Of a stretch of 64,000 nt of DNA, positions 48,439 to 56,867 are shown one piece after another; the stretch's first letter is position 1, and each line of letters opens with the position of its first letter. Under the pieces are notes generated by a model. That model searched no databases, was not told where the DNA came from, and saw nothing but the letters and a program-made list of their open reading frames with translations. Origin of the DNA: an uncultured delta proteobacterium (GTDB taxonomy: Bacteria; Desulfobacterota; Desulfobacteria; Desulfobacterales; Desulfatirhabdiaceae). The stretch covers positions 109,721 to 173,720 of the forward strand of contig CAWBKP010000010.1 of the NCBI GenBank assembly GCA_963789395.1, written 5' to 3'. The position numbers were made by a program, and so were the translations under genes.

Positions 48439-49334
48439 TCAAGTAAAAATGGACACTTTTGTTAAGCGGCTTTTTTTCAAAAGCCACGTTTCCTCAAATT
48501 CTTTTGGGCTGAGATAGCCCAGATAGGAATGACGCCTGTTGCTGTTGTAAAACATTTCTATGTAATCGACGATGTCTCTCCTGGCTTCCTCTCGGGTCTT
48601 ATAATTTGAAAAAAAGACCCTTTCGGTCTTCAAACTGCCGAAAAAACTCTCTGCTACCGCATTGTCCCAACAATTACCTTTCCGGCTCATGCTGCTGATC
48701 ATCCCATGGATTTTCAGCATTTTCTGAAAATCATTGCTGCAATACTGGCTTCCCCTGTCCGAGTGAAATACAAGCCCGTAAATGGCCGTCGACGCCAGAT
48801 TGCCATGCGCAAGGCATTTATGATCAGCTTTCTGGACATTTGGCTGCTCAGGGACCAACCCACAACCTGGCGTGAGAAAAGATCTATGATCACGGCCAGA
48901 TACAACCAGCCTTCATGAGTCCAAATGTATGTAATATCTGAAACATACACATTGTCCGGTTCTTTCACTTCAAACTGCCGGTTCAATAAATTCGGAGCAA
49001 CCGGTAAATTATGCTTGCTGTCTGTGGTCGCTTTAAATTTCCTTTTCTGCTTGGCGGCAACACCGGCCAATTTCATCAGTTTCCCAGCTTTGGTGCGGCC
49101 ACAAGGGCTGCCTTGCGCTTCTATCTCTTTTGCGATTCGCCGGGCACCATAGGTCCCTTTTGATTTATTATGGGCCGCACGGACAACGGGAATGAGTCTT
49201 TCATTCTCTTTCTGCCTGGACGATTTCCCGCATTTGCGCCAGGCATAATATCCACTGCTGGATATTTGCATGACCACACATATCAGAGCTATCGGATAGA
49301 CCTTCTTCTCAGCATCAACAAATTGATACTTCAG
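48439..49334 (-). CDS. IS3 transposase OrfB (DDE), one indel near 48775
   Basis: YGARRI, DITYI...[34 protein letters not shown]. Confidence 0.9.
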
Positions 49335-49624
49335 CTCATTTCTTTCGCGAAGAAGGCCGCTGCCTTTTTTAAGATTTCACGCTCCATTTTCAAGCGCTTA
49401 TTTTCTTTCCGAAGGTGATTCAGCTCTGCCTGCATGGCCGTTCCACCTTGTAAACCCGGAGCGCCTTCTCCGCCTCCTTCAATCTGACGTTTCCATCGTC
49501 CCAACATGTTTTCATTGACCCCAAGATTCCGGGCCGCCTCGGTAATCTGATATCCCTGTTCAGTGATCAGCTTAACCGCTTCTTCTTTGAATTCCTGTGT
49601 GTATTTCCTTCTCTTCTTTTTCAT
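49331..49624 (-). CDS. IS3 transposase OrfA (HTH)
   Basis: RKYTQEFKEEAV...ARNLGV..L.RW...ENKRLKMEREILKKAAAFF. Confidence 0.92.
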   Translation of the reverse strand: MKKKRRKYTQEFKEEAVKLITEQGYQITEAARNLGVNENMLGRWKRQIEGGGEGAPGLQGGTAMQAELNHLRKENKRLKMEREILKKAAAFFAKEMS

Positions 49625-49690
49625 TGAACACCTCCTCGAGGATTATAAATCCACTCTTAAGAAAGTGTCCACTAATTCCCTACCACATCA

Positions 49691-52642
49691 AACACAGGGG
49701 GCTTTGCTTACCTTTACACCTATGTGATGGATAAAGGACAAATTTATTTCACCGCTTCAAGCTACACTGATGACGATGTTGCTAAGGGAAAGATCAGTCG
49801 TTACTGGACCGTTTATCCTGAAGGCCATCAGGCATATTTTGACGCAATCAACTCATCCGAGCCTATTTTTGTCACCGCGTCCGACCGCTGGGGGTCATTT
49901 AGAACCGTTCTGTTGCCACAACAGTCCCCCGCCGGTAAGCCATATGTGGTCGGTGCAGATATTGATATCAGTGAAATTGATAAAACACTATGGAAACAGG
50001 TTCCTTGGGTGGTAGCAGCGGCCTTTTTGTTGCTACTTTTTGCAGTTCCTATTGCGATAACCCTGCGACGTACACTGGTGTTAATGAACAATGATTTACG
50101 GGTACAACTGGATGAGAATGAATTAGTGGTGAACGAGTTGTACAAAGCAAATGAAAAAGCCAATCAAGCTCAACGACAAATTGAACTGTATTCATCAACA
50201 TTGGAGCGGCGGGTGCAAGAGCGAACCGTGCAACTCCAAGGGGAGATAGAAGATCGCAAGCAAGTGGAAGATGCACTGCGAAATAGCGAGCAACGGTTCA
50301 ACCAGTTGGCTGATCAAAGCCGAACCATCACCTGGGAAGTTGACGTCCACGGTTTCTACACTCACATAAGTCATGTAGCCGATTCCGTTTTTGGATACCA
50401 CCCCGACGAAATTATTGGTCGGATGCATTTCTACGATCTTCATCCTGTAGAGAGTCGTGAGTCTTTCAAGACCCTGGCATTTAAGTATTTAGATCAGAAG
50501 AAACCGTTCCAAAATTTAGAACACTTCGTGCGAGCCAAAGATGGCCGTTATATATGGGTCTCAACCAATGGAATCCCGCTCCTGAACGCTGATGGAGCTT
50601 TTCAGGGCTATCGTGGAAGCGATACTGACATCACCGAGCGCAAGCAGGCTGAGGATGCGCTGCGAGAAAGCGAGGAAAGATTCCGCCTCACCTTTAACTT
50701 CAGCCCGGATGCTGTGAGCTTCACTCGCATGGAAGACGGTCTGTTCGTGGATGTCAACGAAGCGTTTTCCAGGATATCCGGCTATACCCGTCAAGAGGTT
50801 ATCGGAAGGACATCTTTGGAAATAAACGTCTGGCATTATCTTGCCGATCGGCAGGAAGTTGCCCAGGGGCTTATGGAAAAGGGTTTTTACGAGAACTTCG
50901 AAGCTCAATTCCAAAAGAAAGATGGCAGCATGATTACCGCACTGATGTCTGCCAGAGTGATTTCTCTGAAAGGCGTCCCGCATATCATCTCCATCACTCG
51001 TGACATCACGGACCGAAAGCTGGCGGAGATTGAGCTGTTTGAGAACCGGAGGCGACTGGCGGATATCATCGAATTTCTGCCGGATGCCACCCTGGCCATT
51101 GATAAGGAAAAACGCATTATCATCTGGAACAGAGAAATTGAGAAAATGACTGGAGTTTCGGCCGCGGAGATGATCGGCAAAGGTGACTACGCCTACACAA
51201 TCCCGTTCTATGGCGAGGCTCGACCGCAGTTGATGGACCTAATCTTTATGGACAATAAGGATATTATGGCCAGGTATCCCTACCTTATCCGTGAAGGCGA
51301 TTCACTCGTAGCGGAAGTTTTCTGCAATGCCCTTTACAATAATAAAGGTGCATGGGTGTTTCTCAAGGCTTCACCCCTTCACGATCAGTCCGGAAATATC
51401 ATTGGTGCAATTGAGAGTATCCGTGATATCACCGAGCGCAAACGGGCAGAGGAGGCGCTTCGTGAGAGTGAAGAAAAGCTGCAGCGGTCAAAGAAAATGG
51501 AATCTCTTGGCCTACTGGCCGGTGGTGTAGCCCATGACTTGAATAATGTTCTGTCCGGGATTGTAAGTTATCCGGAATTAATTCTGATGGATCTGCCTGA
51601 TGACAGCATCTTAAGAAAACCAATTGAAACGATGAAGGATTCAGGATACCGGGCGGTAGCCATCGTACAGGATTTGCTCACTGTGGCAAGAGGGGTTGCG
51701 ACCATAAAAGCCCCCACGAACCTGAATGACCTGATCCATGATTATCTGAAATCGCCGGAGTTCAAGACCCTATCGCTGTTTCATCCCGACGCAGTTGTAA
51801 GGACCAACCTTGAAACGGACCTGCTGAAAGTAACTGGATCTCAAATTCATATTCGGAAAGTTTTGATGAATCTAGTGTCCAATGCTGTGGAAGCGATACC
51901 GGGCAAGGGCACGGTGACTCTGGCGACAATGAATTGTTATGTGGAAAAGCAGATAAAAGGATATGAGGATGTTGCCATAGGTGAATATGCTGTCCTGTCT
52001 GTGTCAGACGACGGCCCCGGGATATCCGGAGATGACCTCGAACGGATATTTGAGCCATTTTACTCAAAAAAGGTCATGGGGCGAAGCGGTACCGGCCTCG
52101 GATTGGCCGTGGTATGGAATGTCGTACAGGATCACAAAGGCTACATCGATGTGACCACTGGCATGAACGGCACCACATTTGAGTTATATTTCCCCATTAC
52201 AAGAGATGAACTTGCCAAGGAGAATCTTCACATATTCATTGATGAGTTAAAGGGAAACGGAGAAACCATTTTGGTTGTCGATGATGTGGCCAGTCAGCGG
52301 ACAATATCCTGTGCTATTCTGAATAAGCTGGGTTATAGAACAACAGCCGTTTCCAGTGGAGAGGAAGCCGTTGAATTCCTGAAAGAAAATCCGGTGGATC
52401 TGCTGCTTCTGGATATGATCATGGACCCCGGAATAAATGGACGTGAAACGTACGCACGGGCACTTGTGATCCGTCCAGAGCAGAAGGCGATCATCGTCAG
52501 CGGATTTGCTCAAACAGAAGAAGTACTTGAAGCAAAGAGACTCGGTACAGTACAGTTTTTGCGCAAGCCGGTATCCCTTGAAAAAATCGGGCTTGCCGTA
52601 AAAAAAGCATTGGGAATGGTAGTATCAGCAAAACAAAGTTAA
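49691..52642 (+). CDS. PAS-domain hybrid sensor histidine kinase/receiver, N-terminally truncated by IS3
   Basis: Frame open from the IS boundary. One TM, three PAS/PAC, AHDLNN H-box, G-boxes, C-terminal receiver (VVDD, LLDM.M, KP). Confidence 0.9.
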   Translation, partial: NTGGFAYLYTYVMDKGQIYFTASSYTDDDVAKGKISRYWTVYPEGHQAYFDAINSSEPIFVTASDRWGSFRTVLLPQQSPAGKPYVVGADIDISEIDKTLWKQVPWVVAAAFLLLLFAVPIAITLRRTLVLMNNDLRVQLDENELVVNELYKANEKANQAQRQIELYSSTLERRVQERTVQLQGEIEDRKQVEDALRNSEQRFNQLADQSRTITWEVDVHGFYTHISHVADSVFGYHPDEIIGRMHFYDLHPVESRESFKTLAFKYLDQKKPFQNLEHFVRAKDGRYIWVSTNGIPLLNADGAFQGYRGSDTDITERKQAEDALRESEERFRLTFNFSPDAVSFTRMEDGLFVDVNEAFSRISGYTRQEVIGRTSLEINVWHYLADRQEVAQGLMEKGFYENFEAQFQKKDGSMITALMSARVISLKGVPHIISITRDITDRKLAEIELFENRRRLADIIEFLPDATLAIDKEKRIIIWNREIEKMTGVSAAEMIGKGDYAYTIPFYGEARPQLMDLIFMDNKDIMARYPYLIREGDSLVAEVFCNALYNNKGAWVFLKASPLHDQSGNIIGAIESIRDITERKRAEEALRESEEKLQRSKKMESLGLLAGGVAHDLNNVLSGIVSYPELILMDLPDDSILRKPIETMKDSGYRAVAIVQDLLTVARGVATIKAPTNLNDLIHDYLKSPEFKTLSLFHPDAVVRTNLETDLLKVTGSQIHIRKVLMNLVSNAVEAIPGKGTVTLATMNCYVEKQIKGYEDVAIGEYAVLSVSDDGPGISGDDLERIFEPFYSKKVMGRSGTGLGLAVVWNVVQDHKGYIDVTTGMNGTTFELYFPITRDELAKENLHIFIDELKGNGETILVVDDVASQRTISCAILNKLGYRTTAVSSGEEAVEFLKENPVDLLLLDMIMDPGINGRETYARALVIRPEQKAIIVSGFAQTEEVLEAKRLGTVQFLRKPVSLEKIGLAVKKALGMVVSAKQS

Positions 52643-52654
52643 TGATACCAATAC
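52638..52654 (+). repeat. Island repeat copy R2, left half (interrupted by the recombinase element)
   Basis: gttaatgatacca is identical to the first 13 nt of R3. Confidence 0.7.
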
Positions 52655-52896
52655 CTGTACGTAACACATCCTGTTAATTCTATTTATATCAGTATGTTGT
52701 ACCTATTATTGGTGCTCCATTCGTTTGGGGTTGTCAAGTCTTTTATTCAGGTTGTCGGATCAGCTTCAAAATATGTTTTTACTGCAAAAAATTTCCCTCC
52801 CTTCCGGATTATAATTGAAAGCGCCAAAACTTTAACAACCAGTAACAAGCGAATATTTGTCCTATCATAAATTGGGAAGTTTCTCCGAACGTGCCT

Positions 52897-53010
52897 GTTG
52901 TTTCCAGCCATCCCGGAGTGGCCCCCAAAAAGCCGGCGTAGGGATGGCTGGGAACAACCACTCCCGTCCTATGCGATAAGCCCTGGGGGGTTTGGGGGGC
53001 AAGCCCCCCA
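52897..53010 (+). other. Structured non-coding segment (long hairpin, possible pseudoknot, GC hairpin)
   Basis: 18-bp stem 52897-52914/52941-52958; loop ggagtgg complementary to ccactcc (52958-52964); tgggggg-caag-cccccca. Confidence 0.6.
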
Positions 53011-53101
53011 TTATAACTGTCAGAATTCCTTTCTTATCAGCTCTATGGTTTAGGAGACAGAATCCGCAATAAGTCTTATTTCTTGTTCAGGTTCTAAACG
53101 A

Positions 53102-53986
53102 TTACCCGGGCGCTGTCGGTCGCTGCATCACCGATTCTATGGCTTTAAAATAATCCCGCATCACCTTTACATTGGACACTTTTGCGTACCGTTCCGTGGT
53201 TTTAATTCTTGTATGTCCCAGCAGATCCTGGATACTTACCAGATCCATATCAGCATTCAACAACTGCGTTGCCATTGTGTGCCTCAGATGATGGCAGGAA
53301 GTTTTCAGCCTGGCTTTTTTTGCATAATATTCCATCCGTTTTTGAATGCCACGGATGGATATGGGTTTGCCTCGGCAGGTGCCTTTTTCAACCAGAAAAA
53401 GCTTTTTTGCTTTGCCGGATGATCTTTTTTCTAAATACGCAACCAAGTCAATTATGGCATCATTGCTGATAAAAACAACTCTATCCTTACTGCCTTTGCC
53501 ATTTTTAACATGTATAAACCGGCGCCTGAGATACACATCATCAAGGGCCAGATTTGCAACCTCTTCAACCCTCAAGCCGCATCGAAGCATCAATTTGAAA
53601 ATAGCCAGGTCACGCAGGTTGGTTATACCCTCAAAGAGCCTTTCTATTTCATGATCCTTTAAATATTTCGGCAGCGGCTCGGATTCTCTGAGGGCATAGC
53701 CCCTTTTGACAGGATTGAGAATCCGCAAGCCTTCCTCATCGTACAGATAATCATAAAAGCCCCTGATGCTTTGCAGATAGCAGTTTATTGTTTTGGGCTT
53801 CAATCTCTTAGCCCGTAAATGATCAATAAAATAAAGGATCTGCTCGTTTCCGGCTGTTTCAATCGAAACCGATAGCCACTCTGTAAAATGCTTAAGATTG
53901 TTCATATAGTTTCTTACCGTTCTGTGAGAGTAATTCTTTCTTTTCAAGAATCTCCTGTAATTCAAGATCAAGTTTGTAGTAGCCAT
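53102..53986 (-). CDS. Tyrosine recombinase (XerC/D-like), second of pair
   Basis: CGLRVEEV, GKGSKDR, HHLRHT, LLGH, ERYA: full R-K-H-R-H-Y set. Confidence 0.93.
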   Translation of the reverse strand: MATTNLILNYRRFLKRKNYSHRTVRNYMNNLKHFTEWLSVSIETAGNEQILYFIDHLRAKRLKPKTINCYLQSIRGFYDYLYDEEGLRILNPVKRGYALRESEPLPKYLKDHEIERLFEGITNLRDLAIFKLMLRCGLRVEEVANLALDDVYLRRRFIHVKNGKGSKDRVVFISNDAIIDLVAYLEKRSSGKAKKLFLVEKGTCRGKPISIRGIQKRMEYYAKKARLKTSCHHLRHTMATQLLNADMDLVSIQDLLGHTRIKTTERYAKVSNVKVMRDYFKAIESVMQRPTAPG

Positions 53987-54887
53987 CGATTTCCCCTCGC
54001 TCTATTTTACCCATCGCTTTGAAATACTCGTTCTCTCTTGTCCTGTTCGTCAGTCTGGCATAACGCCTGGTGGCTTCTACAGAGTGATGGCCCAGCAACT
54101 CCCTGAGGCACTCAAGGGGTATCCCGGCGTTTAAAAGAGAACTGGCATTGGTGTGCCGCAAGCAATGCAGCGTATAACCTTTGTGTGAGAGATTTGCTTT
54201 TTCCAGATACTTGCAGAACATGACCCGGGCTCCGGCGTATGTCAATTTGTCACGTCCCATCCCATAAAAGATGAACGGCTTTTGCGAATCCCTTTTTTGA
54301 TACCAGGCTTTTAAAGCATCACGGGCATCGTCGCTAAAATAAACTACCCTGCCGACTCGGCTCTTCTGCGCCTCCCATATCTCTATCTTACGTTCCACCA
54401 GATTTACGTCGCAAACCTTTGTGTTCAATAACTCTCCGATTCTCATTCCGGTTCTCAAAAGCAGTACAATCATTGCGCGATTTCGAATATCGTCTATAAC
54501 TGAAAGCAGCTTTGCTTCATCCTCCATTTCCATAGCCTTTGGCAGTGAATCAGGAACCTTGATGATCATCCTTCTTAAAAGTACGTCAGATGAAATGACA
54601 CCTTTTTCAACCTGATATCGGATGAAAGCTTTCAATGATTCCAACCTGGTTCTGACCGTAGAAGCCTTTAATCCCCGGTCTTGCATATGTTCAATGAATG
54701 CTCCCAGATCAGCCCTGGTGATTTCTTCAAGACAATTCTTACCGTCCTGCTGAACCAACACAAGGAAGGAGGCAATGGCGTTCAACATATTCTTAATGCT
54801 ATTGAGTCTGAAATTGCGGCGGTATTGATCCCGCAGATAGCTCTCCACATGGTCTTTCCCAGGAACCTCAATCTGCCAGAGTTTCAA
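53892..54887 (-). CDS. Tyrosine recombinase, first of pair (may start at 55105 across an indel)
   Basis: TGMRIGEL, K..R, HCLRHT, LLGH, RRYA. Confidence 0.93.
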   Translation of the reverse strand: MKLWQIEVPGKDHVESYLRDQYRRNFRLNSIKNMLNAIASFLVLVQQDGKNCLEEITRADLGAFIEHMQDRGLKASTVRTRLESLKAFIRYQVEKGVISSDVLLRRMIIKVPDSLPKAMEMEDEAKLLSVIDDIRNRAMIVLLLRTGMRIGELLNTKVCDVNLVERKIEIWEAQKSRVGRVVYFSDDARDALKAWYQKRDSQKPFIFYGMGRDKLTYAGARVMFCKYLEKANLSHKGYTLHCLRHTNASSLLNAGIPLECLRELLGHHSVEATRRYARLTNRTRENEYFKAMGKIERGEIDGYYKLDLELQEILEKKELLSQNGKKLYEQS

Positions 54888-55105
54888 TAATATCCTGGAG
54901 AGCCCATCTTTGGCAAAAAATTGTGTCTGCCTTTTAATTGGCTGGTTTGTTTGACAATTAGAATGGGTGACAGATAACTTGCTGCTTGATTATCCGGAAT
55001 CAAGCAGGTATGATTTTGTGAGTGGTTGAAACCCTTGGTGGGAATTTGTTGGGGGATCGCAGTTAAATATTTCTGGGTTTCTAATGACAATCTGTTCGTG
55101 GCCAT
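54884..55105 (-). CDS. Small ORF, or N-terminal extension of the first recombinase
   Basis: Strong AGGAGG RBS before ATG 55105; its stop overlaps the TTG of the recombinase ORF. Confidence 0.45.
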   Translation of the reverse strand: MATNRLSLETQKYLTAIPQQIPTKGFNHSQNHTCLIPDNQAASYLSPILIVKQTSQLKGRHNFLPKMGSPGYY

Positions 55106-55193
55106 AATAGCCTCCTTCCTGTTTTTCTTGAAATAACAGGAAGATAATGGCTTGTATGCCCTTATGAGTCAATTGCCATTTTGTTACGTACAT

Positions 55194-55251
55194 CCAATGC
55201 TATTCTTGAAAAAATCCGGAAATAATAGAATCATGCATATATGCAAGTATG
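55194..55251 (+). repeat. Island repeat copy R2, right half
   Basis: tattcttgaaaaaatccggaaataatagaatcatgcatatatgcaagtatg aligns with R1 and R3. Confidence 0.8.
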
Positions 55252-55619
55252 TTTAACCTAAGGAGTTGTAGATATCTCACATTGAGATCCTATTTGGATA
55301 CTCTCAATCACCCTTCGCCGTAATCCTAAATTATGTTTGACAAATTTCATCGATTTAGTCATATATCCATCAAAACTACTTCTAATTCTCCTCTTCCACC
55401 AGACCTGAGGCGGGGCTTCACAAACTAAGTGGAACGCGCTTTTACGCTCATTCGAATAATCCAAATACTGGGCTCATCAGTTTAAAACCTTACCTATGGG
55501 CCTACAGTCAGATGACGGTTTTATAAGTTAACTTACCTCCATTCATAACGCCGATGCCTTTGGTTACAGCTGTTTGATAGGCGATGAATTACCTGAAACT
55601 GCGAAGGGAAAAAATAATT

Positions 55620-55860
55620 GGCTCCTCGCTGTCTATAGTGGGTAACCCAATAAATTATGAGGGTAACTTGATTTGTAGTTTACCGGTAATCAAGTAGATC
55701 ATAGTGATCAGATAGTCATTTGTACGATATCCTCTGGCTCTGGCTTTTGCGGCCTGGACCAAACTGTTGATTCCTTCCAGGACGCCTTTATTGATCTTGG
55801 ATTTGAACCAGTTCAAAATGCCGTCCCAGTGCACTTTGATAGTATATGCAGCTTTTTTAA
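55620..55860 (-). pseudogene. ISL3 remnant: transposase C-terminus plus right IR
   Basis: KKAAYTIK.HWDGILNW....INKG.LEGINS.VQAAKARARGYR...LITMIYL..GKL; IR ggctcctcgctgtctatagtgggt at 55620-55643. Confidence 0.85.
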
Positions 55861-55888
55861 GGCTCCTCGTCATTTTGGGTGGATCACC
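55861..55888 (+). repeat. ISL3-type terminal IR facing the downstream cassette
   Basis: ggctcctcgtcattttgggtgg, located exactly where the transposase fragment breaks off. Confidence 0.6.
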
Positions 55889-56048
55889 CATACAATACTG
55901 CGATGATCATTATAATCTTACTCATCTTGCGGAGGCGGCCTGATGCCACTCACTGAAAATCGGATTAGAACTAATATACCCCCTCAGGTTGTCCAGTCTT
56001 AGGGATCCAGCGCCCTCAATTGGATAGATTTCATTGTCGGGAGTACAC

Positions 56049-56759
56049 ATGTTAAAAATCAATTCTTTTGAAAAAGCACTAAATAGTCAAGAACGGCAGA
56101 TGATGTCTATACTAAATTCTCCGATTATGATTCAGAATTTTCTTGATTCAATCCCTTACAGTTCCGAAACTATTTATCGTTGCCCTTTACAAGTTCTCCG
56201 AGATCGTGTCGCTCATTGTTTTGATGGTGCCTTGTTCGCTGCGGCTGCTTTACGCCAAATAGGTTATCCGCCCTTGATTCTGGATATGATTCCAGACAGT
56301 CGTGATGATGATCATCTCTTGGCTTTGTATAAGCAAGATGGCCATTGGGGTGCAATCGCTAAATCAAACTTTGTCGGATTACGTTTCCGAGAACCAATTT
56401 ATCGTAGTCTTCGTGAATTAGTTATGACGTTTTTTGAACAATATTTTAATATCGAACGAGATAAAACTTTACGTGGATACACTGTACCCTTAAATCTTAA
56501 GGCGTTCGATAGATTTAACTGGATGATAAGTGATGCGCCCATGGAACGAATTGCTCAACGAACAGAAGAGATCAGAAGATACTTTTTGCTGACACCAAAA
56601 ATGATAGCTGGCCTGTCACCAGTCGATGAGCGATTGTACAAAGCAGGGTTACAAGGTGCAAATGAGGCCGGACTATATAAGCCATTAAAGGAATATTCGA
56701 TAATACTTGGAATTAGTGCTGTCAAAGCCGTCCAACATTTTATTTCAATTGGAAGCTAA
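56049..56759 (+). CDS. Vasohibin-like transglutaminase-fold Cys-His-Ser peptidase
   Basis: IQNFLDSIPY...AHCFDGA...DDDHLL...GHWGAIAKSN...LRFREPIYRSLRELV..F..Y. Confidence 0.7.
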   Translation: MLKINSFEKALNSQERQMMSILNSPIMIQNFLDSIPYSSETIYRCPLQVLRDRVAHCFDGALFAAAALRQIGYPPLILDMIPDSRDDDHLLALYKQDGHWGAIAKSNFVGLRFREPIYRSLRELVMTFFEQYFNIERDKTLRGYTVPLNLKAFDRFNWMISDAPMERIAQRTEEIRRYFLLTPKMIAGLSPVDERLYKAGLQGANEAGLYKPLKEYSIILGISAVKAVQHFISIGS

Positions 56760-56867
56760 CCGCGGTGCGTTTTGAGAGAATTGTCGAGTTGGAATTGGTG
56801 CAGTTTTGATCACAAAGCAATTTACGGTGTTAAATCGCTTTGGTAAGCTATCTATGGAGAGTTAATT

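Larger units (their letters stand above)
48431..49690 (-). mobile_element. IS3-family insertion sequence
   Basis: Ends tgacctggtcaagtaaaaatggacac and (reverse complement) tgatgtggtagggaattagtggacac. orfA/orfB with an A-AAA-AAG slippery site at 49364-49370. No target duplication. Confidence 0.92.
52655..55193 (-). mobile_element. Two-tyrosine-recombinase mobile element
   Basis: Perfect 11-bp terminal IR TGTACGTAACA (52656-52666) / TGTTACGTACA (55182-55192). Flanking 7-mers ccaatac and ccaatgc. Two integrase-family ORFs inside. Confidence 0.8.

Noticed and set aside
55465..55619. Hammerhead-like CTGATGA (minus strand) and fluoride-riboswitch-like GGCGATG...AAACTGC (plus strand)
   Set aside because: The required partner motifs (stem II plus GAAA; GCTGATG pseudoknot strand) are not present.
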